NCBI GenBank assembly: GCA_036275695.1 | Contig: DASUDI010000021.1 | Span: 5,311-69,310, forward strand | Reading direction: 5' to 3' | DNA: 64,000 nt | DNA from: Minisyncoccota bacterium | Lineage (GTDB): Bacteria > Patescibacteriota > Minisyncoccia > Phycocordibacterales > UBA918 | Part shown: positions 1-8,843 of the stretch, in pieces | Layout: each line of letters opens with the position of its first letter | Position numbering within the stretch: the first letter of the stretch is position 1 | Notes under the pieces: generated by a model | Seen by the model: only the letters and a program-made list of their open reading frames with translations | Told to the model about the DNA's origin: nothing | Databases searched by the model: none | Program-made: the position numbers and the translations under genes

Positions 1-71
1 AGACCACGAAGCAAAGCAGTTCGCTGATTGCGTGGTCGTCCAAATGTTCTGGTTTGTTTGTGGTGTCGCAT
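1..71 (-). CDS. rplQ: 50S ribosomal protein L17, N-terminal fragment running off the window edge
   Basis: The reverse complement of 1..71 translates to MRHHKQTRTFGRPRNQRTALLRGL, a classic L17 N-terminus. The ATG is the reverse complement of 69..71. It sits directly downstream of rpoA, the canonical alpha-operon order. Confidence 0.6.
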   Translation of the reverse strand, partial: MRHHKQTRTFGRPRNQRTALLRG

Positions 72-73
72 AA

Positions 74-1042
74 TTATTCTTTAAATGAAATGTTCATACT
101 TGCAAGAAGTGACTCAATTTCTGCAAGTCCCTTGGGACCCATGCCTTCAAGTTCAAGGATGTCGTCTTTACGCTTCCGGACAAGACCGCCAAGCGTTCGA
201 ATGTTGGCATTTTCAAGCGCATTGAGTGTTCTGTTTGAAAGGTCAAGTGTTTCAATACGTGTTTTGAGTACATCGTTATCAATTGCGTCTTCGCCAGCCA
301 CATGAGTAACGGCTTCTGTTGTAACGGTCTGAGTTTCGGGCTGCTTGTGTGTCTCTTGAAATCCAATGATTGCTTTAAGTTGATGAATCATTATCTCAAT
401 TGAGTTTTCAAGCGCTTCACGTGCTGAGAGTGTACCGTCGGTCTCGACAAACATACGAAGTCGGTTGTAATCAGTACGATCGCCAACGCGCATATTTTCA
501 ACCTCGTAATTTACGCGTCGAATGGGGGTAAATACCGCATCAAGCGCTATGGTTCCAATCTCTACCTTATCTTTCTGATGAACTTCACGAGGTACGTAGC
601 CTAACCCTTGTTCGATAGTACACTCGATTGAGAGTGTTGTCTTGTCAGTTATCTCTGCAATTACTTGTTCAGGATTAAGAATGGTGATTTGGCTTGGGAG
701 TGTAAAGTCAGCAGCGGTAACCACTTTCGGACCCTGTACTTTGAGGTTTATGGTAAGCGCAGTATCGCTATGCATGTGAAGGCGAACGCGCTTAAGATTG
801 AGTAAAAGAGTGATACCGTCCTCTCTGACACCCTTAATGGTAGAAAATTCATGTTCGAGACCATCAATTTTTACTTGAGTTATCGCTGCACCTGGGAGTG
901 AAGAAAGAATAATGCGACGAAGTGAATTGCCTAGCGTGTGTCCATAACCTGGGTAAAGTCCGTCAATTTCAAAGATTCCAGAAAATTCCTCTTCTTTAAT
1001 AACGCGTGGCTTTGATGGTAGTGCTACATTTGTTTCAAGCAT
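74..1042 (-). CDS. rpoA: DNA-directed RNA polymerase subunit alpha
   Basis: ORF 74..1171 (-). Its translation matches RpoA (…LEHEFSTIKGVREDGITLLLNLK…, C-terminal alpha-CTD HhH GMGPKGLAEIE). The 43-codon N-terminal extension overlaps rpsD, so the start is placed at the internal Met (MLETNVALPSKP) at 1042. Confidence 0.9.
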   Translation of the reverse strand: MLETNVALPSKPRVIKEEEFSGIFEIDGLYPGYGHTLGNSLRRIILSSLPGAAITQVKIDGLEHEFSTIKGVREDGITLLLNLKRVRLHMHSDTALTINLKVQGPKVVTAADFTLPSQITILNPEQVIAEITDKTTLSIECTIEQGLGYVPREVHQKDKVEIGTIALDAVFTPIRRVNYEVENMRVGDRTDYNRLRMFVETDGTLSAREALENSIEIMIHQLKAIIGFQETHKQPETQTVTTEAVTHVAGEDAIDNDVLKTRIETLDLSNRTLNALENANIRTLGGLVRKRKDDILELEGMGPKGLAEIESLLASMNISFKE

Positions 1043-1067
1043 AATATGTTTATTATAGTAACTAATA

Positions 1068-1679
1068 TTATCGGCTGTAGTACTCAAGGACTTGCTGTGG
1101 ATCAAATACCGTTGCGGATGGTTCATACAGTGGCTCTGACTTCTTTTCACCAGATAGGTTTTTAATATCAAGTGTGAGCCAATTTGGTGCGGTGTATGTG
1201 GTAAGTGTCTCTTTTAAGGTGGTGAAGAGGGGTGACTCCTTACTCTGTTCACGCACAGACACCACGTCACCAATCTTAACTTTGTGCGAGGGGATATTGA
1301 GCCTTCGGCCATTGAGACAAATGTGGCCATGAGAAACCATCTGACGCGCAAGGCGACGTGTTTTGGCAAGACCAAGGCGATACACGACATTATCAAGACG
1401 TGACTCAAGACGCGCGATAAGTTGGCTAATAGGTTGATGCCCTTGTGCAAATGCATCATGCACGTACCGTGAAAGTTGTTTTTCAGAAATGCCGTACGAG
1501 AAACGCATTTTTTGCTTCTCAATCAACTGTTTCTTGTAATCAGACGCACCACCAGGACGTTTACTTGACTTATTGCGAGCTGAACGTGCCTCAGAAAGCG
1601 CAAATTTTTGTGTTTGCGTTTTTTCAAAAATAGGAGCGCCGAGCCGCTTTGCAATTTTATATTTTGGACCAATGATCAT
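1068..1679 (-). CDS. rpsD: 30S ribosomal protein S4
   Basis: 203 aa. MIIGPKYKIAKRLG… and the S4 domain (…RLDNVVYRLGLAKTRRLARQMVSHGHICLNGRRLNIPSHKV). Confidence 0.9.
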   Translation of the reverse strand: MIIGPKYKIAKRLGAPIFEKTQTQKFALSEARSARNKSSKRPGGASDYKKQLIEKQKMRFSYGISEKQLSRYVHDAFAQGHQPISQLIARLESRLDNVVYRLGLAKTRRLARQMVSHGHICLNGRRLNIPSHKVKIGDVVSVREQSKESPLFTTLKETLTTYTAPNWLTLDIKNLSGEKKSEPLYEPSATVFDPQQVLEYYSR

Positions 1680-1696
1680 ATAAATTTCATTATTTA

Positions 1697-2125
1697 CTAT
1701 ACACGACGTGGCTTTGGAGCACGTGGACCGTTGTGTGGTACAGGTGTCATGTCAGAAATCTTAGTAATAGTAATTCCCTTTCCTGAAAAACCTCGAAGTG
1801 CGGATTCTCGACCAGCGCCAATACCTCGAATGATGACATTTGCATCCTTCATACCCATTTGAAGCGCCTTATCACCGATTATTTCACCCACCTTTGCAGC
1901 AGCGAAGGGTGTGCTCTTTCGTGAACCCTTAAAACCAATTGCTCCACTTGAAGCAGCGATGAGCGTATTACCCTTTGTATCACAAAGTGTAAGTAGTGTG
2001 TTGTTGAATGTTGCGAGGATGTTAAGCGTACCAGCGGCAACTTTCTTTTTTGGAATTCGCGCAAGTGCTTTTGAAGAAGCACTTGCGTCGCCTCCACCTT
2101 TTTTAATAATTCGTTTTTTTCCCAT
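1697..2125 (-). CDS. rpsK: 30S ribosomal protein S11
   Basis: 142 aa. …GTLNILATFNNTLLTLCDTKGNTLIAASSGAIGFKGSRKSTPFAA… is typical S11. Confidence 0.9.
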   Translation of the reverse strand: MGKKRIIKKGGGDASASSKALARIPKKKVAAGTLNILATFNNTLLTLCDTKGNTLIAASSGAIGFKGSRKSTPFAAAKVGEIIGDKALQMGMKDANVIIRGIGAGRESALRGFSGKGITITKISDMTPVPHNGPRAPKPRRV

Positions 2126-2165
2126 ATTTTAAGTACTAAACAATAAAACAAGCGATTCCTAATTT

Positions 2166-2543
2166 CTAGGTCTTCTCTAGTTTTCGACGACCAGATCCCA
2201 TGGTCTTCTTAACGCCTTTAAGTGTGCGCGCGTTTGTTTTGGTGCGCTGACCACGTGCAGGAAGTTTTTTTGCGTGACGACTACCGCGGTACGATTGAAT
2301 ATCCTTAAGTCGCTTGATGTTCGATGATGTTGCGCGTTTTAGGTCACCTTCTATGGTAAATGATTCTACTTTTTCACGAATCGCATTCTCCTCTTCGGTA
2401 GAAAGATCAGTGACTTTTTTTCTAACGTCAATTTTGAGTTCAGAAAGAATTGACTGTGCCCTAGAAAGTCCAACTCCGTATACTGCCGTGAGAGCGTATT
2501 CGAGATGCTTATTTTCTGGGATGGTAATACCTGAAATTCTCAT
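2166..2543 (-). CDS. rpsM: 30S ribosomal protein S13
   Basis: 125 aa. MRISGITIPENKHLEYALTAVYGVGLSRAQ… is the canonical S13 N-terminus. Confidence 0.9.
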   Translation of the reverse strand: MRISGITIPENKHLEYALTAVYGVGLSRAQSILSELKIDVRKKVTDLSTEEENAIREKVESFTIEGDLKRATSSNIKRLKDIQSYRGSRHAKKLPARGQRTKTNARTLKGVKKTMGSGRRKLEKT

Positions 2544-2545
2544 AA

Positions 2546-2662
2546 TTATCCTTGTCGTTGCTTATTGCGAGGTTTCTTCTTATTAATAACATAAATGCGA
2601 CCGCGTCTTCGCACTATCTTGTCGTCGGGACTTATTTTTTTGACTGATGATCGAACTTTCAT
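2546..2662 (-). CDS. rpmJ: 50S ribosomal protein L36
   Basis: This gene is absent from the ORF track (38 aa). The reverse complement of 2546..2662 translates to [38 protein letters not shown]. It lies between infA and rpsM, as expected. Confidence 0.8.
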   Translation of the reverse strand: MKVRSSVKKISPDDKIVRRRGRIYVINKKKPRNKQRQG

Positions 2663-2664
2663 AT

Positions 2665-2886
2665 TTATAAACGTTTAGCTATACGTGCTTTACCGCCGTA
2701 AGGTTCAGGAACCACACCTACTCTATCCCCCACAAGAACGCGTATTTTAAATTTACGCATTTTACCTGCAAGATATGCGAGTGTCGGCTTTTCTTCGCCA
2801 TCGAGTACAACACGAAAAAGCGCATTAGGGAGCGCCTCCTCTACGGTACCATAGACGAGATTATCTTTGTCTGATTTTTCCTGCAT
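2665..2886 (-). CDS. infA: translation initiation factor IF-1
   Basis: …[67 protein letters not shown]. The start is taken at MQEKSDK (2886) rather than the ORF-track Met at 2907. Confidence 0.85.
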   Translation of the reverse strand: MQEKSDKDNLVYGTVEEALPNALFRVVLDGEEKPTLAYLAGKMRKFKIRVLVGDRVGVVPEPYGGKARIAKRL

Positions 2887-2897
2887 CAAACGTGAGA

Positions 2898-2926
2898 AGT
2901 GTAACAAATTGTTTTTAAAACGTCAA
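2898..2926 (-). promoter_or_regulatory. possible sigma-70-type promoter for infA-rpmJ-rpsM… (-35 TTGACG, 17-nt spacer, -10 TACACT, read on the minus strand)
   Basis: The reverse complement of 2898..2926 is TTGACGTTTTAAAAACAATTTGTTACACT. It is very close to the infA ATG, so the leader would be short or absent. Confidence 0.3.
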
Positions 2927-2954
2927 GGCAAACTCAGTGGAATATCTATTTTCT

Positions 2955-4277
2955 CTATTGCATCTCTGTGATAACTTCAATTTCTTCTATATCATCAGGG
3001 AATGTGGTAGCCCAAAATGGTCGCACTACGGTATTTGCATTTTCAATTGATTTGTAATTTGAGAGGACTTGCGTTGAGTCAGTCTTGCGCTTCCCGATGA
3101 GGTCATTTTTAAGTTTTTGCTCGTCAAATTGCCAAATGACTTTTGTATTGCCTCTAAGGGTGAAATCGAGAGAATCAAGTGTCGAAATATCGAGTAAAGA
3201 TGTTTGGGGATCAGTGTACGAAAATACTAGAGATTTTGGATCACTGAGTGTGACGGGTTCATTATTATATTCAGGGACACCTAATTCTGCTAGGTACTGT
3301 GAAAACATATTTTCCTTAAATATTGGAGCGTGTAGTGTCGCGGTCTCTTTGATGGTTGCAAGTGTGTCACCATATTCTGTTGCAGGAAGTGAGGTAAAGG
3401 TAAAGGTTATGGCGTCATCATAGAGTAGAAAGCCAGCGGGTACCTTTTCTTTGATCTGAGTTAATAAAATATTACGTAACTCGACATGAAGTTCCTGTTG
3501 TGCAGTTTGAAGGTCTGTTGGATCAATGATGTACCGATCCCCCTCAAAGCCACCTGTAAATGCCGTTGTTGATTCGGCGTAGACGGCGTCAAACTGAGGT
3601 GAACCCTTGAGTCCCGGAACAGTAAAGCGTGTTGGTTGGATGTTGTACTTCTCTCCCACTTGGTCAGCAAAAACATCTACCACAATTTTTCCTGGTATGA
3701 CATCCTCCGCGCTTGCTGATGCGGCGGGCACTTCGATACTTTCTTTGATTCTAAAAATAAGTCCATCGGGTGACTCAAAACGAGTATTCGCAATAAGTTT
3801 CTGTGGTGAGCTATTGGTGTTGTAGACGAATATTTTTCCAGAGGCGGGAACCTTTGCTTCCTCTTTACCTTTTGCTTGCACTTGCTTTTCTGCGGAGGCA
3901 TCAAGAGTTAGTAATTCATAACTTAACTCGCCCGCCATGGGAGTTTTCTTGGCAGATATTTCTGATTGAACCGTAATTTCACGCACTTTTGGTTGTATCG
4001 TGATGGTTGCGCCACCAATAAGAATGTTGAAGAAATACGCTCCACTGATGATTAAAAGAGAAATAAGTGCAGTAAAAAAAGCACGCTTTTTCTTTACCTT
4101 ATTACCGTCAATGATATCTATCGTGTCGATATCAGATACCTGAGAGATTTCGGTAGGTGCTGGTCTTTGAATACGTGGAGAAATATCTGTCCGAGGTTGT
4201 GATGATGGCTGACGTACCTGTGTGGGGCGCTGTTGAGTTGCGGGACGAATATCTTGAAGATTCCATTTCTTTTGCAT
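2955..4277 (-). CDS. hypothetical bitopic membrane protein with a Pro/Gln-rich cytoplasmic N-terminus
   Basis: 440 aa. The N-terminal ~85 aa are P/Q/R-rich, followed by one TM helix (FFTALISLLIISGAYFFNILIGG) and a large extracytoplasmic domain. No family recognised. Confidence 0.5.
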   Translation of the reverse strand: MQKKWNLQDIRPATQQRPTQVRQPSSQPRTDISPRIQRPAPTEISQVSDIDTIDIIDGNKVKKKRAFFTALISLLIISGAYFFNILIGGATITIQPKVREITVQSEISAKKTPMAGELSYELLTLDASAEKQVQAKGKEEAKVPASGKIFVYNTNSSPQKLIANTRFESPDGLIFRIKESIEVPAASASAEDVIPGKIVVDVFADQVGEKYNIQPTRFTVPGLKGSPQFDAVYAESTTAFTGGFEGDRYIIDPTDLQTAQQELHVELRNILLTQIKEKVPAGFLLYDDAITFTFTSLPATEYGDTLATIKETATLHAPIFKENMFSQYLAELGVPEYNNEPVTLSDPKSLVFSYTDPQTSLLDISTLDSLDFTLRGNTKVIWQFDEQKLKNDLIGKRKTDSTQVLSNYKSIENANTVVRPFWATTFPDDIEEIEVITEMQ

Positions 4278-4292
4278 ACGTTTATTATAATA

Positions 4293-5507
4293 CTATTCGG
4301 GGTCATTAATGTCGGTACATCCGTGAAGTTTGTGGAAAAAGCGAGCTCCGAGTGCGAGATACGGATCGGGTGTGGTGCCGGGCATAACCGCGCGCATGGT
4401 TTCTTCGGTGACCGTGTGTATTGTGAAATTTGAAAAATTCATTTCAGATAACGTATCTGAAATGATTGTCTGGCACGCGTTGTAAAAATGAGGGGGAGTG
4501 ATAAGAATGAAATTTTTAGGAAGCACATGCTGCTCCTGCATTGCTTCTAATGCGTCTACAATGTTTTTGCGGTATTCTGCAACTGCGCTACCAAGTGGCG
4601 TCTCATCTGAGCACGTGGTACTTGTGTACTCACTAAATTGACGTTCTAAGTCTGAAATAGGGTTACCACGGGCTCTTGAAACAGCACGAAGTGTGGTGTT
4701 TATTCCCCAAGGAACGTATGAGTTATCGATGAGTAGATTACGTTCCACAAAGCCAAATTCCGTTGCCTCTCCTGTGATGTCAATGATACAGGCGGTGTGA
4801 ACATTGGGAAAAATATCGCGCAAAATACAGTATGTGACAAGCATGGTTGTGTGCGCATTCATGATCGCCTTTGGAAATATTTTTTCATGCGCTTCTTCAG
4901 CAGCATCAAGAAGTTCCTGTGGAATGATGCCAACCACATGAGATAAGGATAAGGTCTTCCCCGTTAGTCCAAATGGTGATGAGACTGCATAGCCATTAAT
5001 AGTGGTATCGACGGTTGCACGTTCGACAATTTGATATGTTTTGTGCTCATCATGTGTCACCGCAACATGTTCGAGGATGTCACGCTCAACGCTATTGACG
5101 AGATCAGTGATGATAGATTTATTTATCTTAAAATCAGTGTCGTTGTTGTATTGGGCACTTCGCGCGATGGTGAGCGCCCATGGTGATGAACAGGTAATAA
5201 ATATCTTTGATATCTCTGCGTGTTCATCGATGTGACGTAGCGCATTCAATCCATCACTGGAAAGCATGAGTGATGCTGAGAGCAATGCCTCACGTACTCT
5301 TCGTGTATCAAGGATATCGCTCATCGTGTAATGTGCTGTTTGCCGAAAAGGTATGCGCTCGGTATACACAATGCGTGGGAGAGGCTTCTGTGGATCAGAA
5401 AGTAGTATTGCAATACCTATTGAGCCTGATGATATATCAATAAGCGCACCATATTGCGCATCATCGTGTTTTTTACCCCAAAAGAGCATAGGCTCATTAT
5501 ACCTCAT
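4293..5507 (-). CDS. hypothetical protein, possibly an ASKHA (actin-like ATPase) fold of the Ppx/GppA, PilM or FtsA type
   Basis: 404 aa. There is an N-terminal phosphate-1-like motif (ALIDISSGSIGIAILL) and a second motif (ACIIDITGEATEFGFV). The family assignment is tentative. Confidence 0.4.
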   Translation of the reverse strand: MRYNEPMLFWGKKHDDAQYGALIDISSGSIGIAILLSDPQKPLPRIVYTERIPFRQTAHYTMSDILDTRRVREALLSASLMLSSDGLNALRHIDEHAEISKIFITCSSPWALTIARSAQYNNDTDFKINKSIITDLVNSVERDILEHVAVTHDEHKTYQIVERATVDTTINGYAVSSPFGLTGKTLSLSHVVGIIPQELLDAAEEAHEKIFPKAIMNAHTTMLVTYCILRDIFPNVHTACIIDITGEATEFGFVERNLLIDNSYVPWGINTTLRAVSRARGNPISDLERQFSEYTSTTCSDETPLGSAVAEYRKNIVDALEAMQEQHVLPKNFILITPPHFYNACQTIISDTLSEMNFSNFTIHTVTEETMRAVMPGTTPDPYLALGARFFHKLHGCTDINDPE

Positions 5508-5559
5508 GCCACGTATGATTTGTATGTATATATGGGAATACGGATGAGTAGCGGCGTGT

Positions 5560-7503
5560 TTATGAAAGCACAGCCTTTATGCGACGAATCCCTCGTGCTG
5601 ACGACTCTTCTTTAATAATTTTGAATGTGCCCGTAATAAGTCCCGTCTCCTCGACATGTGGACCGCCACATAATTCTCGTGAATATACCACACCGTCAGT
5701 GTCAGTAATAGTATACACCTTTACAGTATCTGGATATTTGTCCCAGAAACTTCCCTCAATGCTTGAGTCGTTTTGCGCCTCACTTTTGGGAATGGTTTCA
5801 ATTGATACCCGCGCTTGTTTCTGTATGGCATTATTCACATAGGATTCGACGCGGGTAATGACATCAGGGGCAACTTTATCATCGTGAGTAAAATCAAAAC
5901 GAAGGCGTTCGCTGGTGATATTTGACCCCGCTTGATGTACGTGGCTCCCTAATTCTTTTCGCAATCCCGCAAGAAGGAGGTGTGTCGCAGTATGGTACAT
6001 GACCACTTTTTCTGAGTGATCAGCAAGTCCGCCTTTGAATTTTTGCTCGGAGCCCGCTCTTGATGTCTCTCGGTGTTTTTCCATGAGTGACTTAAATTCG
6101 TCTATGGCAACGGTCATGCCCCGTTCCTTCGCGATTTCAATGGTGAGTTCAACGGGAAAACCGTACGTCGTAAACAAGTTAAATGCATTTTCGCCCGTTA
6201 TAAAACGAGCTTGTTGTACCTCACGCGATGAATCCTTCACTACCACATTTCCTTCACGTTTCACGGGCACAGTAAGCTTGATTGCTATTTTATTAAACTC
6301 TTTGAGTCCGTTTTCAAGTGTTTTTCTGAACTGCGTTTCCTCACCAATGATGCTATCAATAATATCAGACTCACGTTCTGTAAGGGTGGGGTAGTGATTT
6401 TTGTAGTGCGCAATAACCGTGCGCGCGAGCGATGCAAGTTCATGGTGTGGTATGCCAACAATATCTGCGTAGCGTACCGTACGCCGTAGGAGTCTGCGTG
6501 TAAAATATCCCTGATCAGTGTTGCTTGGGTACACTCCATCAGCAATCATAAATACAGCCCCACGAATATGATCAGCAATGATGCGAAATGCCTGTGTGTG
6601 CTCTGAATACTTCTTACCCGTTAATTTTTCGATATGCTCGATGATTGCATAGAGCGTGTCAATCATAAATACGTCAGCATTGTTGTTTGCTGCCGCGGTA
6701 ATGCGCTCCAATCCCCCTCCAAAATCGACATTTTGCTTGGGAAGTTTTGAAAAAGTGCCGTCCGCGTTCTTGATGTATTCAATGAATACATTGTTGCCAA
6801 TTTCGATGAAACGACCACAGTCACAGTTTGGGTGACAATGCTCCCCATAGGCTGTGTCATGCGGTATTCCAAAGTCATAAAACATTTCTGTATCAGGACC
6901 ACCTATTTCACCAACCGGCATGTTGTCGGGTATACCCGCGCGTGACCACCAGTTCTTTTTTGCGTTGTAGTAAAATATGCGTTCACCTTCACGCATGCCT
7001 CGCTTACTCCCCTCTTCCTCGGTGCCAATGTCAGCGGCTATACACGAAATACCACGCTCAGCAAAAAGTTTCTGCCACAATTCAGCCGAAACAGTATCTT
7101 TAGGTACTCCGGTGTGATTGTCGCCAATAAATGCACTTACATAGAGGTTTTGGGGATTAAGTCCAATTTCATCAATGAGAAATTGAAACATCCACGGTAT
7201 TTGTTCCTCCTTAAAGAAGTCACCAAGTGACCAATTTCCAAGCATTTCAAAAAAAGTAGTGTGGCGATTATCCCCAACGTCCTCAATATCTTCTGCACGA
7301 AAACATTTTTGAGAATCAGTGAGTCGTGTACCCATAGGGTGTGTCTCCCCCATGAGAAAAGGCACAAGCGGCTGCATACCACTTCCCGTGAAGAGTGTCG
7401 TAGGGTCATTTTCGGGTACGAGTGAAGATGAGGGAATAATTACGTGTCCCCGCTTCTCCATATACGCAAGAAAGCGGGCGCGAATGTCATGTGCTGATAT
7501 CAT
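5560..7503 (-). CDS. alaS: alanine--tRNA ligase (compact form lacking the C-Ala domain)
   Basis: 647 aa. The class II catalytic core is present (…FTGSGMQPLVPFLMGE…, …FFEMLGNWSLGDFFK…). The editing-domain motifs HTATHLL and CGGPHV are present. The ORF ends shortly after the editing domain. Confidence 0.9.
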   Translation of the reverse strand: MISAHDIRARFLAYMEKRGHVIIPSSSLVPENDPTTLFTGSGMQPLVPFLMGETHPMGTRLTDSQKCFRAEDIEDVGDNRHTTFFEMLGNWSLGDFFKEEQIPWMFQFLIDEIGLNPQNLYVSAFIGDNHTGVPKDTVSAELWQKLFAERGISCIAADIGTEEEGSKRGMREGERIFYYNAKKNWWSRAGIPDNMPVGEIGGPDTEMFYDFGIPHDTAYGEHCHPNCDCGRFIEIGNNVFIEYIKNADGTFSKLPKQNVDFGGGLERITAAANNNADVFMIDTLYAIIEHIEKLTGKKYSEHTQAFRIIADHIRGAVFMIADGVYPSNTDQGYFTRRLLRRTVRYADIVGIPHHELASLARTVIAHYKNHYPTLTERESDIIDSIIGEETQFRKTLENGLKEFNKIAIKLTVPVKREGNVVVKDSSREVQQARFITGENAFNLFTTYGFPVELTIEIAKERGMTVAIDEFKSLMEKHRETSRAGSEQKFKGGLADHSEKVVMYHTATHLLLAGLRKELGSHVHQAGSNITSERLRFDFTHDDKVAPDVITRVESYVNNAIQKQARVSIETIPKSEAQNDSSIEGSFWDKYPDTVKVYTITDTDGVVYSRELCGGPHVEETGLITGTFKIIKEESSARGIRRIKAVLS

Positions 7504-7544
7504 GGTGATAACTATACAAGAAAGAATAATATTTTCTAGGGCTA

Positions 7545-8834
7545 CTACTCAGACACTTCTGCGGTTGGGAAAAGTTTCGCGAGGTCATTTTTAACCGTTA
7601 GAATAGGTCCCGCGCCACATATGATAAGTGCGTCAGGTGAGAGATATGTTTGCAATGCTTTGTGTACCTGCTCACACGTTAAAGCGGTGAGTGAACGCTT
7701 AAACAGTGTAAATGCATCCTCAGAAATACCGGTTTTGTACCGAGTGTGTGCTTCTGCTACTTTCTTTATGAGACTATCTTCAATCAGGGTATACCGTGTA
7801 ACGAGAATTTGTTTAAAACGATTGAGTTCTGCCTCTGTAATACCCTCTGTATGTATGGCGCGTATTTCACGAAGCGTCGAAGTAATGCCACGAATCGTGT
7901 CACGTGGACTAAAAAAGGTCATAATGCGCCATACGCCAGTTTCTTGGCTTGTGAGCGATTCAATACGTGCGTAAATCCCATACGTAAGACCTTCCTTTTC
8001 TCGTACGGTACTCATAAGTCTTCCGGTAAATCCACCGTAGAGTCCCAGTACACTTATGCCAAACAGTAACGCGGGGTAATCGTGATGAGTACGTGTAATG
8101 GGGATTGTGCCACCAATACTAAACTCTATATTTTGCTTACTGGGAACATGGCGGAGTGTGATGTTTGTCTCAGTATGTGACTGTATATCACGTGGTGTAT
8201 ACCATAAAGTATCCCCACTGATTTTTCTCGGGTGAATATGTGTAAGCTTCTTTTGAATTCGTGCGAGAGTTGCACTTTTTCCGCCAGCGGTATAGTGCCA
8301 GGGACAAGAAAGGAGTATCGCGTGCAACGTCCGTATATCTGAAACAGTGACGCGCGAAATTTCTGTAATTAACGCATCAATATCGAAGACAGCCCTTCTA
8401 TCATCAGGAGTAAATGATGCCTGCGCGAATAAGCGGTATGCATGAGATCGCGCGTCCTCTTTCGAGTCAGTGAGTGTGTTTGTGAGTAGTGTTTTAATTC
8501 GTTTCAATTCGTGTTGAGGAAATGTCGGTTCAATAAGCATTGCTTCAATGAGCGCAAGAACTTTCGGTACGGTTGAGTCTGTTGTCTGCATAATTACATC
8601 AATGTACCCAGCATCAAGTGATACTGAAATATCTGCCCCTAAAACTCCAAGTGCGTTTTGAAATTGCTCTCGTGTATGCATGCGGGTTCCAGCAGTAAGC
8701 AGTTCGCAATATACGAGACGACGAGCATGCTCCCGAGCACTATATGGTGTGAATGCGCGTATCGAAAGTATCATTGTGGTGAGATGTTCGTATTCACGGA
8801 CAATGTGTGTGTGGGTGAGTTTCTGTGTTTCCAT
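7545..8834 (-). CDS. M16 family peptidase-like protein (non-catalytic partner, no HxxEH)
   Basis: 429 aa with insulinase-like M16 architecture but no HxxEH zinc motif. It is directly downstream of an active M16 paralogue, the usual active/inactive pair arrangement. Confidence 0.65.
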   Translation of the reverse strand: METQKLTHTHIVREYEHLTTMILSIRAFTPYSAREHARRLVYCELLTAGTRMHTREQFQNALGVLGADISVSLDAGYIDVIMQTTDSTVPKVLALIEAMLIEPTFPQHELKRIKTLLTNTLTDSKEDARSHAYRLFAQASFTPDDRRAVFDIDALITEISRVTVSDIRTLHAILLSCPWHYTAGGKSATLARIQKKLTHIHPRKISGDTLWYTPRDIQSHTETNITLRHVPSKQNIEFSIGGTIPITRTHHDYPALLFGISVLGLYGGFTGRLMSTVREKEGLTYGIYARIESLTSQETGVWRIMTFFSPRDTIRGITSTLREIRAIHTEGITEAELNRFKQILVTRYTLIEDSLIKKVAEAHTRYKTGISEDAFTLFKRSLTALTCEQVHKALQTYLSPDALIICGAGPILTVKNDLAKLFPTAEVSE

Positions 8835-8843
8835 GATTATTGA

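Noticed and set aside
54-305. Plus-strand ORFs lying antisense inside well-supported minus-strand genes. Examples: 54..305 within rpoA; 19328..19825 within leuS; 25860..26264 within ychF; 32176..32712 within atpA; 29187..29573 and 28723..29247 within atpD; 6035..6394 within alaS.
   Set aside because: They are fully embedded in confidently identified conserved genes and have low-complexity composition (Ser/Arg/Cys-rich). These are shadow ORFs typical of the antisense strand of coding DNA.
1043-1171. N-terminal extensions in ORF-track calls: rpoA to 1171, infA to 2907, atpA to 32768, the HD protein to 10815, ddl to 36361, and ccdA to 51715.
   Set aside because: The extensions overlap the upstream gene or lack homology to the protein family. 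Internal Met codons that reproduce canonical N-termini were preferred.
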